Shown piece after piece: positions 20,901-30,137 of a stretch of DNA of 64,000 bases. Every line of letters starts with the position of its first letter. Positions within the stretch are counted from its first letter, which is position 1. The notes under the pieces are model-generated. The model saw nothing but the letters and a program-made list of their open reading frames with translations. It did no database searches and was not told where the DNA came from. Source of the stretch: Burkholderiales bacterium (GTDB lineage Bacteria > Patescibacteriota > Minisyncoccia > Phycocordibacterales > UBA9973); assembly GCA_023701005.1 (NCBI GenBank), contig JAMPXW010000001.1, positions 35,769 through 99,768 on the forward strand. Direction: 5' to 3'. Position numbers and translations under genes: made by a program.

Positions 20901-21974
20901 CTTAACACTATAATTCCCCGAAGTAGCAGTGCCAGCTCCAATAGAAAGTTGTGTATTAGAAGGCATTTCGGCTTGAAGCTTGTCATTACTACGATAAATA
21001 ATATAAGTTATTCCTGTAACATTTTCAGATGTCGTCACTACATTTGTAGTCACATTACTTCCCCCAGATTGTACAGAAATAGAAGAAGCAACTATATCAA
21101 CACTTAAAGTTGAAACAGGGGCTTTTACACTTGCCGTTTCGCATTGAGCAGTAGCACAGTTTGCACAACCTGAATCAGCACCTACTACTATATATTTGTG
21201 ATAATTCGTATCTAACATATTCACATATGGAAATGTAAAAGAACCCATCCCTACAGGGCCCGCAATAGTGTTAAGCAAATTTGAAGCACTAATACTATCT
21301 TTATAAAGAGTATAAGTATCAGCTCCATTATGATTATCCCATCCACTCACTACAGCTCTATAATATGGATAACTGGCATTAAGAGATGGAACAGCCGTAC
21401 ATTGAGTAGGAGCTGGGAATGTTGGGGCAGAATAATTTACCGTCACAGAAGAAGCAGCCGATTGTCCATTCGTGCCGAGACATGTGAGAGTATAAATTTC
21501 ATTTGCATATTTTGAAGTGTAAACAGTAGCACTTCCTGAAGTTGTTTTTGTTCCTGTCCATGAGCCACTAGCCGTACAAGAAAGTGCATCCGTTGTGGAC
21601 CAAGTTAGGACAATAGCTTCTCCAGTAGAAGAAAAAGTAGACTTATTTGCCGCAATCGTAACAGTCGGATTTGTATTTTTTTTACAAGTATAAAAAGTAG
21701 AAGTAAAAGCAGTTCCCTCATATTTCGTAAAAGTTCCCTGACTATTTACATTTGAATCATTTAAACAAGCGCCACTCCAATTACAATAATACCCATAATC
21801 AATACCATAATCATCAGAGTATGCTTGAACATAATCCCACTTATATCCTGGTGAGATTACTCTGGGGTCAACATCTTTATCGAAAGTAGCACAATCTACG
21901 ACAAAGGCAAAAGATGTATGTGCAGAAATTATGAACCCAAATACAAAAGCAAGTAGTATTAAAAATTTTTTCAT
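17901..21974 (-). CDS. large secreted Ser/Thr/Cys-rich surface protein with CARDB/Ig/FN3-like repeats
   Basis: Signal peptide; PDLTA...ACAD...ITESNENNN (CARDB); duplicated WSTTDAxxCTASxxWTGTK and CxNGAxNYxxC repeats. Confidence 0.75.
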   Translation of the reverse strand: MKKFLILLAFVFGFIISAHTSFAFVVDCATFDKDVDPRVISPGYKWDYVQAYSDDYGIDYGYYCNWSGACLNDSNVNSQGTFTKYEGTAFTSTFYTCKKNTNPTVTIAANKSTFSSTGEAIVLTWSTTDALSCTASGSWTGTKTTSGSATVYTSKYANEIYTLTCLGTNGQSAASSVTVNYSAPTFPAPTQCTAVPSLNASYPYYRAVVSGWDNHNGADTYTLYKDSISASNLLNTIAGPVGMGSFTFPYVNMLDTNYHKYIVVGADSGCANCATAQCETASVKAPVSTLSVDIVASSISVQSGGSNVTTNVVTTSENVTGITYIIYRSNDKLQAEMPSNTQLSIGAGTATSGNYSVKVTAVGKKADNSSITAEDTVNVIVEAAPTFPDLTAGSVTPSSASTNVATTFSADISNIGTSATSATSINHYFQLVNGTGKVATTSTAFAVNESKTVGASFTFSSSGTYYIRACADNNASFVGSITESNENNNCGDFTTVTVTTPPMSGTLWSEDGSTSCTISAGNSTCSLNSIMWNTVNPQATSAVYSPTNNSGTTVSTLVGSGNSGDVIATIHYPSRSFYLYNNAVLLSGPLTISAVCATGTTWTGSACTTNAVPTVIYPTDSSVGLSSVTLGANVSSLGVPASISERGICWRLSSGVYTAGNCAVEGGTSTGAFFVNVTGLSSGTDYRFKGYARNTTGYGYSTEGYFTTLSPAPTLNFSANPPSIVYNGTSYLTWSTTDATTCTASDAWTGTKATSGTNVSTGALTSSKTYTLECTGLGGSVTRSVTVTVGSAPVNGVCAVAHYGCTAGTNLAGTSTGGTNTVSYSNLNTNYGWICSGLNGGANASCTEVKTMSGTLSVPDCTILANASSCTSTAVWSTTNPQGTSAVTSSYPSANTTVYTGNSGSGSVTIPYPSRDFYLYNNGQLLASASGAAATVAACASGTAWNPTAGACKSYTVTGTAGTGGAITPASRTVAYGLTTTFTVTPNTDYSINTVSGCSGTLSGNTYTTGAITANCTVTATFSANTCANGATNYPTCDVFTNPLSISTPANSTITLPTTAFSASYTLTNGTGTNTDCYLLDNNQATLKTDISCTSPITYDTPAAAGVYGYYMRATKASTGETSTSDMFTVTVNDAPIPTFDISVNPTTYSVTLPDRTISATYTVTDGPASCRLLDNVGTPLNSYSPCRGSMLIAAPDIANTYGYSIQALKDSTGETDTSAFTVIVSDTPTCSNGAVNYSACTVNSSGLCINSATNPPTCTTFPPPAPTIISFTADPITIVKGESSTIKWSTMHADTCTSLTAGFNTGGAVSNSVGVIVSPTQTTTYRISCENTTSFITADSTVTVTVGEKKPGYKEN

Positions 21975-22195
21975 ATTTATAAAAATTACTAATAATTAAC
22001 AAAATAATATAAATTATACCTTAAAATAGATCAGTTGTGTAAAAAACTGTTGATAACTCACAAAAATAAAGGGTTTTTTAGAATTTTATAAAATAAAGGT
22101 TGATTTTTTTGAAGAAATATGGTATACTCTTGACAGTTAAATAAATTGTTTCCTTGTAAATTCAATAAAAAAATAAATTACCTATGGAGGTAAAA

Positions 22196-23107
22196 ATGAA
22201 AAAGTTATTTCTTTTCGTAGTATTGTTGTACTCTTCTGCTTACTCTCAATGGGATTGGGATGCAGATAAACGTGTTGCTGTAGAAAACGGATGGCAGACT
22301 GGTGTAGAATTTTTACAATTCTACAAACCATGGGATCCAATGAATACATCTGTTAATATGAACAACAAAGATTCTATTGGGGAATTTTCTACTGCCGGGG
22401 GTTCTATATTTTTTGCTGAAAAATGGGTCGGGCAAGGAGTGTTTTTTAAAAATACTCCAAACTTACCTGTTCCAGACTATGTAACACTTGAAGTATGGTA
22501 TTTATATAGCAATAATGTAAATTCTGTAAACAGAGTTACACTCAACTTTCAAATTCAGTCTCAAACTTGGACAATTGCACCTAGTACAAATGAAACAAAC
22601 CCACTCAATGGTTCCAAAATGGTATATACCTGGGACTTAAGAAGTGTTCGAGAAAAGTTATCTCCTGGAATAATAAGAGTATATTTATTACCAAAAACCA
22701 CAGTGAGTGACTCTTGCAAAATAATTACAAAAATTGGAGTAAGAAATCTAACTTTCATTTACTCTGATGGAAGCAAAAAGGTGATAGATTTTGATTTCAC
22801 TGGAACTGACGTTCAAAACGAACCGACAATTCCAGAAAAATTTGAATTAAGTCAAAACTATCCGAATCCTTTCAACCCAACAACAAAAATTCGTTACTCT
22901 GTACCTATTGAAGCAGGACCTGTTACATTGAAGGTCTACGAATTAGCAACAGGCAAAGAAGTTGCTACTCTTGTTGATGGAGAACAAAAAGCTGCTGGCA
23001 TATACGAAGTAAATTTCGATGCTAGCAACCTTGCGTCAGGAAGATATTTCTATACAATTCAATCAAAGAATTATATAGAAACAAAAAAAATGATCCTGAT
23101 GAAATAA
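22196..23107 (+). CDS. secreted protein with T9SS type A C-terminal sorting domain
   Basis: Signal peptide ending AYS|Q; PEKFELSQNYPNPFNPTTKI...LASGRYFY...ETKKMILMK; SD GGAGG before ATG 22196. Confidence 0.85.
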   Translation: MKKLFLFVVLLYSSAYSQWDWDADKRVAVENGWQTGVEFLQFYKPWDPMNTSVNMNNKDSIGEFSTAGGSIFFAEKWVGQGVFFKNTPNLPVPDYVTLEVWYLYSNNVNSVNRVTLNFQIQSQTWTIAPSTNETNPLNGSKMVYTWDLRSVREKLSPGIIRVYLLPKTTVSDSCKIITKIGVRNLTFIYSDGSKKVIDFDFTGTDVQNEPTIPEKFELSQNYPNPFNPTTKIRYSVPIEAGPVTLKVYELATGKEVATLVDGEQKAAGIYEVNFDASNLASGRYFYTIQSKNYIETKKMILMK

Positions 23108-23244
23108 TCCCCACGGATGATTCCGTAGTGTGTGTTCTTTTTTTAATTTTAGAGAGTAAAAATGTTCGATTCAATATTGTGAGCCGTATGTGATCTAATC
23201 GCAGACGGCTCTTTTTTTTATACAAAAATTAAAAATCTCTAAAA

Positions 23245-24021
23245 TTATTCCCAATAAATTTTTTTAAATGGGATTTCTGATGAAAAAAAACTTTTCTTAT
23301 TAAAAAATTCTTCTTTATTTACATCTTTTGGTTGCAAGCCATATAAAAAAAGCTCTCCGTTTTGTAATCCATAAAAAAGCACACAACCTTCATCATTCAC
23401 TGGTACATCAGATGATATCATCGCGTCTGGATTGGAACGAATACTATAACCAAAACGTAGTCTTAAATCCAGATAATCAATAGTATTAAAAACTCCAAAA
23501 GCATTCCTAGATCTAGTAATCACAGTTTTATAATTACCTTCTTTACAAATTAATTTTAATCTAAGAAAATCAATAATAGATCCTAAACTTCCATATGATA
23601 CATGGGAAATAGTTATTCTATCAGTAGCTTTAAATGCTAAAGAAACTAAATCATCTTTAAACGCCATTATTCCACTCCCAATCATTTTATTATTTTGATA
23701 AAAAAATAATGCCTTTATGTTAAATCCTTTATTAGTTTGTTCTTGATACCATTCTTCATCTGCTAAAATAGCATGACCATGTTCTTTCATTTTTTCTTCA
23801 TAATATACTAACCATTCAAGAAATTTTTTTTTAGTTAATTCTTCATATCTCCATTCAATACTATTTTTCTTTAAAATATCATCACTTTTAAGTAAAAAAG
23901 ACTTTAATTTTTTACCTTTTATATTATTAAATAAATCAGTTTCATTAGAAATTGGAAGATAATATAAAATTTTTTCTGGTCGTTCGATATTAAATTGTTT
24001 TAGTGAAATAGTTTTTATCAT
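23245..24021 (-). CDS. hypothetical protein, possible GNAT/Fem-like fold
   Basis: 258-aa ORF; ALFFYQNNKMIGSG beta-hairpin and ...LRLRFGY ending resemble GNAT folds (weak). Confidence 0.45.
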   Translation of the reverse strand: MIKTISLKQFNIERPEKILYYLPISNETDLFNNIKGKKLKSFLLKSDDILKKNSIEWRYEELTKKKFLEWLVYYEEKMKEHGHAILADEEWYQEQTNKGFNIKALFFYQNNKMIGSGIMAFKDDLVSLAFKATDRITISHVSYGSLGSIIDFLRLKLICKEGNYKTVITRSRNAFGVFNTIDYLDLRLRFGYSIRSNPDAMISSDVPVNDEGCVLFYGLQNGELFLYGLQPKDVNKEEFFNKKSFFSSEIPFKKIYWE

Positions 24022-24082
24022 AAAAAATTCTTATTTTTTCAAATTCTATAAATTATATACTATATACTACAAAATTAAAAAG

Positions 24083-24125
24083 AAAGGGCTGAAAAAGTTG
24101 CATAAGCCCCTTCTTTCAGCCCTTT
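24083..24125 (-). terminator. intrinsic terminator after the Cys-rich peptide
   Basis: AAAGGGCTGAAA...TTTCAGCCCTTT 12-bp stem followed by a T-rich run on the minus strand. Confidence 0.75.
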
Positions 24126-24133
24126 GATGATTA

Positions 24134-24208
24134 CTACTTACAGCTCGTACAACAAGAAGCAGAATTGTTAATTACTGGCTTGATTCGAGCTATAGATACC
24201 TTCTTCAT
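24134..24208 (-). CDS. 24-aa Cys-rich putative RiPP precursor MKKVSIARIKPVINNSASCCTSCK (not in ORF track)
   Basis: Perfect SD AAGGAGGTGAT 4 nt before ATG, tandem TAG TAA stops, terminator; 36 nt downstream of the rSAM/SPASM gene. Confidence 0.8.
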   Translation of the reverse strand: MKKVSIARIKPVINNSASCCTSCK

Positions 24209-24244
24209 TTTTATCACCTCCTTTTCGAAGAATTATTATTATTT

Positions 24245-25414
24245 TCATACGCACCAACAACTTGGATCTGGTGCAAATGCATCATTGGTCAGAGCATAAG
24301 CTATTGCACGGCAACCTCCACAAACATTAGCCTTTATGCAAGTTCCACAAATTTTAATATACTTTTCTCGCTCTCGCATTTTTTGCAAAAATTCAGATCC
24401 AAACCATACACGGAAAAAAGTATCGTATCTTGCGTCTCCCAATATTATAGGAAGACGACGGCAAGGAAGAAACTTTCCAGATGGATCAATAGTCAAAGTC
24501 GTATACCCAACTGGGCAAAAACCACTACTACCAACTGCACTCCAAAGAGGGCGAGTAGAAAGTAAACTAATTGAGTGCTCTTTCTGTAAAAATGCAATAC
24601 TCTCGATTACATCATGATTCTCATTTGGAGTCAGCATTTCTTCTTGTGCCCCAGGACCAATCGGGACCAGACTAGAGAAATTAATTCGTTTAACTTCCAA
24701 TCTTTCCATTTCTCTTATAAATTCAGGAATAGCTTTTATGTTACGTCGCATAATTACATAATGTACGCTAACTTTCAGCCCAGCAGCAAGATATGTCTTA
24801 ATACCATTCACCGCTTTATAATAATTTCCTGTTCCCCTGATTTCGTCATGAACCATCTCTGTACCATCAATACTTATCTGTACTCCTACATCATTACGAA
24901 TCAAACATTCAAGAAGTTCGGTTTTTGGAGGAATTGTACCATTTGTTAAAACGTATGGTTTAATATATACATCCTGACTTTTTGTATAATCGATCAGTTC
25001 TATCAAACGATAATAAAGAAGTGTTTCTCCTCCAGTAAACGAGATTTCTCCATCCATTTCCATCTTTTTTAGAAAAACAACAAAGTTATCAAGTACTACA
25101 AGATTCTGTTCAAAAGTAAGAGAAGTAACCGGATCTTTCCAATCATAGCAGTGAAGGCATTTTAAATTACAATCATTCAAAAGATGTAATTGTAAAAGAA
25201 ATTTATTTCGATCTTTCTTTTCTGATGAATCAACCAAAAGCCCTTCGTTGAACATAAAATTAAAAATATCACTTTTATTAAATAAATATTCTAAAGTATT
25301 TAAATTTGATAACAACATCCTCCCGTCTTGCTCTACTTCATACAACTCCCCTGTTTTTACATTCATTAAATATTGACCTAAATCGATCACATCTCGAGAT
25401 AATTTATAACTCAT
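24245..25414 (-). CDS. radical SAM/SPASM peptide maturase with N-terminal RRE-like extension
   Basis: CNLKCLHC (CxxxCxxC), TGGE, QISIDG; SPASM C..GKFLPC..CGTC..CGGC..PDPSC; SD AAGGAG before MSYK at 25414. Confidence 0.9.
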   Translation of the reverse strand: MSYKLSRDVIDLGQYLMNVKTGELYEVEQDGRMLLSNLNTLEYLFNKSDIFNFMFNEGLLVDSSEKKDRNKFLLQLHLLNDCNLKCLHCYDWKDPVTSLTFEQNLVVLDNFVVFLKKMEMDGEISFTGGETLLYYRLIELIDYTKSQDVYIKPYVLTNGTIPPKTELLECLIRNDVGVQISIDGTEMVHDEIRGTGNYYKAVNGIKTYLAAGLKVSVHYVIMRRNIKAIPEFIREMERLEVKRINFSSLVPIGPGAQEEMLTPNENHDVIESIAFLQKEHSISLLSTRPLWSAVGSSGFCPVGYTTLTIDPSGKFLPCRRLPIILGDARYDTFFRVWFGSEFLQKMREREKYIKICGTCIKANVCGGCRAIAYALTNDAFAPDPSCWCV

Positions 25415-25702
25415 ATTCCAACTCCTTATATTATTTATTATTTTCAATGAATTTCTTTTTTTCAAAATACCATAAAAATACAAAAAGTAAAGCTTCACTG
25501 GTAATGTGTACACACATTACCTAAAGAGATTGCAAAATTTTGATACTGTGATACTATATATATGTACGAGTCCTGTCGAAACAGGGCTTTTATTTTTCCC
25601 TCCTTCGTATAAAGCCTTGGATGGACAAGAGAACAATTTAATAATAATTAATGGGCCTTATTGTTAACTAAAACCTAGCAACTAGAACCTAAAACCTAAT
25701 TT

Positions 25703-26860
25703 ATGTTAGACATAAAAACATTTAAATCAGCTTTGGAACAACTAGAAGAAGAAAAGAAAATTCCAAAAGAAAAAATATTAGATGCCATAGAACAAGCAAT
25801 GGCAGCTGCTTATAAAAAAGATTACGGCAAGAAAGGACAGATAATCCGAGCCAAATTTGATTTAGAAACTGGTAAAACAGATTTCTATCAAGTAAAGATC
25901 GTTGTCGATGAAACTATCGCAAAGATAGAAGAAGACGTTGAGGAAAAAGAATATTCTGTCAAAGAAGATGGTGATGAGAGAGTTCGTTTCAATGAAGAAC
26001 ATCACATCATGCTCGAAGATGCTAAAAAAATAAAAAAGAATGTAGAGCTCAACGATGAAGTCGTCTTCCCTCTTGAGGCAAAAGACGATTACGGACGCAT
26101 CGCCGCTCAGACAGCTAAACAAGTCATCATTCAAAGAATTCGTGAAGCTGAAAGAACTTCCATCATTGATGAATATGGCACAAAAGAAGGAGAAATAATC
26201 AGTGGAATGGTTCAAAAGATAGAAAGAGGTAATGTGTATGTAGATTTCAATCGTGCTACAGGTATTTTGCCAGCAGAAGAACAAATCCCTGGAGAATTCT
26301 TCCAGAGAGGTCAACGTATTCGCGCTTATTTATATTCAGTAGAAGATACACAAAGAGGAATCAATTTAAGACTTTCTCGTACACATCCTAAATTTATAGA
26401 AAAACTTTTTGCTATAGAAGCTCCAGAAATAGAAAATGGAACTGTGGAAATAAAATCCATAGCCAGAGAAGCTGGTGCCCGTTCAAAAATAGCAGTATTT
26501 TCAAACGATGAACACATCGATCCTGTAGGTTCATGTGTCGGACAAAAAGGCACTAGAGTAAATACGATCACCCAAGAACTCTTGGGAGAAAAGATAGACA
26601 TAATACCTTGGTCTGAAGATCCAAAAGTATTCGTAGCAAATTCTCTTTCGCCAGCAAAAGTTTTATCAATAGAAGTAGATGAAAAAGATCACAAAGCTGT
26701 CATAGAAGTAGCCGATGATCAACTTTCCCTCGCTATAGGTAAAGGTGGACAAAATGTACGCCTCGCAGCCAAACTCACAGGATGGAGAATCGACATAAAA
26801 GGAAATGGTAAAGAAGTCGCTTCTACAGACGGTGAAGAAGTAGAAGTTTTAGAAGAATAA
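25703..26860 (+). CDS. nusA: transcription termination/antitermination factor NusA
   Basis: GRIAAQTAKQVI, AREAG, GSCVG, AIGKGGQNVRLA. Confidence 0.97.
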   Translation: MLDIKTFKSALEQLEEEKKIPKEKILDAIEQAMAAAYKKDYGKKGQIIRAKFDLETGKTDFYQVKIVVDETIAKIEEDVEEKEYSVKEDGDERVRFNEEHHIMLEDAKKIKKNVELNDEVVFPLEAKDDYGRIAAQTAKQVIIQRIREAERTSIIDEYGTKEGEIISGMVQKIERGNVYVDFNRATGILPAEEQIPGEFFQRGQRIRAYLYSVEDTQRGINLRLSRTHPKFIEKLFAIEAPEIENGTVEIKSIAREAGARSKIAVFSNDEHIDPVGSCVGQKGTRVNTITQELLGEKIDIIPWSEDPKVFVANSLSPAKVLSIEVDEKDHKAVIEVADDQLSLAIGKGGQNVRLAAKLTGWRIDIKGNGKEVASTDGEEVEVLEE

Positions 26861-26893
26861 AAAATATTGCTCTCAGTTTTTTTATTAAACTCC

Positions 26894-26931
26894 AATTAAA
26901 AAGCCCCCGCAGTAGCGGGGGCTTTTTAATT
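26894..26931. terminator. bidirectional terminator nusA/hppA
   Basis: AATTAAAAAGCCCCCGC-AGTA-GCGGGGGCTTTTTAATT. Confidence 0.85.
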
Positions 26932-26946
26932 ATATTTACTAAAACT

Positions 26947-28977
26947 TTAGATAAACAAAGCTACCAAAGCTAGAGAAAGAGTTCCCAACAATTTTACCAA
27001 CACGTGTAGTGATGGACCAACTGTGTCTTTGAATGGATCCCCTACTGTGTCTCCAGTGACAGCTGCCTTGTGAGCATCTCCACCTTTACCACCTAGATTC
27101 CCCATTTCAATATATTTCTTAGCATTGTCCCAAGCACCTCCAGCATTGTTCATAAGAGTTGCCAATAATACGCCAGCGATTGTACCGATCATTATAAATC
27201 CAGCTAAAGCTTCTGCCTTCATTGTAACTCCGACAACGATAGGAATGATAACTGCGATTAATCCTGGAATAATCATTTCTTTCAAAGCTGCTTTTGTAGT
27301 TATGTCTACACAAGTAGCATAATCTGGCTTACTTGTTCCAGCCATTATTCCTGCATCAGCTTTAAATTGACGTCGTACTTCTTCAACAATTTTTCCAGCT
27401 GCTTTACCTACAGCTCTCATTGTTAAACCTGAGAAGAAAAATATCAACATTGCTCCTATAAGAGCAGCTACGAAAACTTCAACTTTTGCTAAGTCAACAA
27501 TAGTCATTCCAGCCTCTGTTAAGAATGCTGAGAAAAGTAAGAATGCAGCAAGCGCGGCACTTCCCATAGCATATCCCTTTGTCAAAGCCTTTGTTGTGTT
27601 CCCTGCAGAATCAAGCTTGTCTGTTCTTTCTCTTACTTCTTTTGAAGCACCAGACATTTCTGCGATACCTCCTGCATTATCAGTAATAGGACCGAAAGTA
27701 TCCATAGCCAATATATAAGCTGCTGTTGAAAGCATACCCATAGTAGCTACAGCTGTACCATAAAGACCTCCATGTTCAAATCCTGTCATTGCTCCCAATT
27801 TAAATGAAGCGAGTAATGCAGCAGAAATAGTGACGACGGTTGCTGCTGTACATTCAAAACCGATTGAAAGACCCGCGATTATGTTTGTAGCATGACCTGT
27901 CTTTGAAGCCTCTGCGATGTCTTGAACTGGCCTGTATTTATGTTCTGTATAGTATTGAGTAATGAATACGAAAGCGATACTTGCTACGATACCTACCAAT
28001 CCTGCATAAAACATCAATATACTACCAAGCATTTCCATAGTTACGAAATAAAAAGCTATTGTAGCTAATAGAGAAGTTACGAAATAACCTTTATTTAAAG
28101 CTTTCAAAGGTTCATCTGTTTCTTTTGCTTTTGCAAACAAAACTCCAACCACTGCTGCCAATAATCCGAAACCTCTTATAACCAATGGGAAAATAATACC
28201 GTTAATTCCAAAATAAGGATAAAGAGCAACACCGAGAATCATAGCCCCGATATTTTCTGCAGCTGTTGATTCAAATAAGTCAGCACCTCTACCTGCACAG
28301 TCTCCTACGTTGTCACCAACTAAGTCTGCGATAACTGCTGGGTTTCTTGCGTCATCTTCTGGAATTCCTGCTTCAACTTTTCCAACCAAATCTGCCCCGA
28401 CGTCTGCTGCCTTTGTGTAGATTCCTCCACCAAGCTGTGCAAACAAAGCGACCAAACTAGCTCCGAATCCGAAACCAACCAATAGATGAGGTATTTCAAT
28501 AGCTGTATAACCCATCCAACCATATATATAATAAAGTCCTGTTATACCAATCAAGCTCAAAGCTACAATGGTTATACCAGAAACTGCTCCAGCTCTAAGG
28601 GCAATAGTCAAAGCCTTACTGAAACTCGTCTGTGCTGCAGAAGCTGTTCGAATATTTGAACGAACAGAAATCCACATGCCGATAAGGCCAGAAACACTAG
28701 AACATATAGCACCCAATATGAAAGCCAAGCTCACTTGAAGACCTGCAAGAGATTTTCCATTCAAAGCATAGACTCCATAAAGAACTAAAGCCAAAACAAC
28801 TGTAATAATAGCAATTGTTTGGTATTGTCTTTTCAAAAATGCGTTCGCACCTTTCTTTATAGCTTCATAGATTTCTTGCATTTTAGCTGTACCCATATCG
28901 TTTTTCTTTATCCAAAAAACGAGCCATCCTGCAAAAAACAAAGCGACAATAGAAATAATAAATGAAGTTAATAACAT
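26947..28977 (-). CDS. hppA: membrane-bound pyrophosphatase, K+-independent H+-pumping type
   Basis: DVGADLVGKVE, DLVGDNVGD, GNTTKA (Lys variant), GDTVGDPFKD. Confidence 0.95.
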   Translation of the reverse strand: MLLTSFIISIVALFFAGWLVFWIKKNDMGTAKMQEIYEAIKKGANAFLKRQYQTIAIITVVLALVLYGVYALNGKSLAGLQVSLAFILGAICSSVSGLIGMWISVRSNIRTASAAQTSFSKALTIALRAGAVSGITIVALSLIGITGLYYIYGWMGYTAIEIPHLLVGFGFGASLVALFAQLGGGIYTKAADVGADLVGKVEAGIPEDDARNPAVIADLVGDNVGDCAGRGADLFESTAAENIGAMILGVALYPYFGINGIIFPLVIRGFGLLAAVVGVLFAKAKETDEPLKALNKGYFVTSLLATIAFYFVTMEMLGSILMFYAGLVGIVASIAFVFITQYYTEHKYRPVQDIAEASKTGHATNIIAGLSIGFECTAATVVTISAALLASFKLGAMTGFEHGGLYGTAVATMGMLSTAAYILAMDTFGPITDNAGGIAEMSGASKEVRERTDKLDSAGNTTKALTKGYAMGSAALAAFLLFSAFLTEAGMTIVDLAKVEVFVAALIGAMLIFFFSGLTMRAVGKAAGKIVEEVRRQFKADAGIMAGTSKPDYATCVDITTKAALKEMIIPGLIAVIIPIVVGVTMKAEALAGFIMIGTIAGVLLATLMNNAGGAWDNAKKYIEMGNLGGKGGDAHKAAVTGDTVGDPFKDTVGPSLHVLVKLLGTLSLALVALFI

Positions 28978-29204
28978 AAATTATAAAAATTAAACTAATA
29001 ATGAATAATAAAAAGAATTATAGACTTTTCGATTTCCTATAATCCACCCATTGAATATACCAGTTTTAAATTAAAAAGCAAATATGCAAAGTTGGCAATA
29101 CTCTTTGTTTTATTGATTAATTTGATGTTTTTTCTATCTGGTTTAATTGCCATATTTCTGATATACTTATGGTAGGTCAATTTATCAGATTTAACAAAAA
29201 AATT

Positions 29205-29885
29205 ATGAAAAAATATTTAAACTTATTTATTATAACTACCTTAGTAATGTCATCTTTTGGAATCATTTCTACTGCAAAAGCAGAGGAAGCAAAGAAGGGC
29301 TACCCTATCTTTGGAGAAGAAGTAAAAGATTTGAGAGAAGAAATTAATGAACAGAAAGATGAAATAAAAAATGAAGTCAGAGAAAGGTTAGAAAATGGAG
29401 AGAGTGAAACGGGAGAAAAAGTTAGAACAAGAGAAGAAGAAAGAGAAATGTTAAGAGAAGAAGCAAAAGCAAAATTTGAGGCCCTCAAAGAAGCTATTAA
29501 AAAAGAAAAAAATAAAGTAAAAGCAAAAATTGCAGAAATGCGAATAGAAAGTAGAGAAAAAGCATTAGAAAATATGGACAAAACGATAGAAAAAGTCTCA
29601 GAGCTTAAAGATAGAGTAAATTCTCAAATGATGAAACTGGAAGAAAAGAAAGTAGATGTCGCTGGAGCAAAGACTTTTATAGTTACAGCTGAAAGTAAAT
29701 TAAATGAAGCAAAGTTAAAAATAGCAGAAATTAATTCACTTTTTGGAGATTCAATCAACCAGCTCTCTCTAGAACAAAAAGATAAATTAAAGACATTGAC
29801 AGAAGAAACACAAAATCTAATAAAAGAAACACGCCAAAGCCTCAATGATGCGGTCAAATCATTAAAAAGTGCCATTACAAATTAA
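29205..29885 (+). CDS. secreted coiled-coil protein
   Basis: Signal peptide (AKA|E), Glu/Lys heptads. Confidence 0.65.
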   Translation: MKKYLNLFIITTLVMSSFGIISTAKAEEAKKGYPIFGEEVKDLREEINEQKDEIKNEVRERLENGESETGEKVRTREEEREMLREEAKAKFEALKEAIKKEKNKVKAKIAEMRIESREKALENMDKTIEKVSELKDRVNSQMMKLEEKKVDVAGAKTFIVTAESKLNEAKLKIAEINSLFGDSINQLSLEQKDKLKTLTEETQNLIKETRQSLNDAVKSLKSAITN

Positions 29886-29899
29886 TTTAAAATAAAATT

Positions 29900-30133
29900 A
29901 TGGAACCAAATAAAAAATCAAACGGGGCATTAATTGGATCAATAATTATAATACTCATACTCGTAATTGGCGGTATATATATTTGGCAATCTAAAACAGC
30001 GAAGGAAGCCGAGATGAAAAAAATTCAAGAAGAAAATCTAATGCAATTGGAAGCAAATGAATTAAAAGCTTTAGAGCAATATCTAAACGAGACAGATACT
30101 GAAATAAATATTGATCTAAATAACATAAATTAA
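29900..30133 (+). CDS. small single-pass membrane protein
   Basis: GALIGSIIIILILVIGGIY TM segment followed by an acidic helix. Confidence 0.65.
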   Translation: MEPNKKSNGALIGSIIIILILVIGGIYIWQSKTAKEAEMKKIQEENLMQLEANELKALEQYLNETDTEINIDLNNIN

Positions 30134-30137
30134 AAAT

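Noticed and set aside
23245-24021. GNAT-like gene as part of the RiPP operon
   Set aside because: It is separated by a strong terminator and has its own -10 box; linkage is unsupported without synteny data.
25415-25513. ORF-track N-terminal extension of the rSAM protein
   Set aside because: It overlaps promoter-like AT-rich sequence; SD AAGGAG points to the ATG at 25414.
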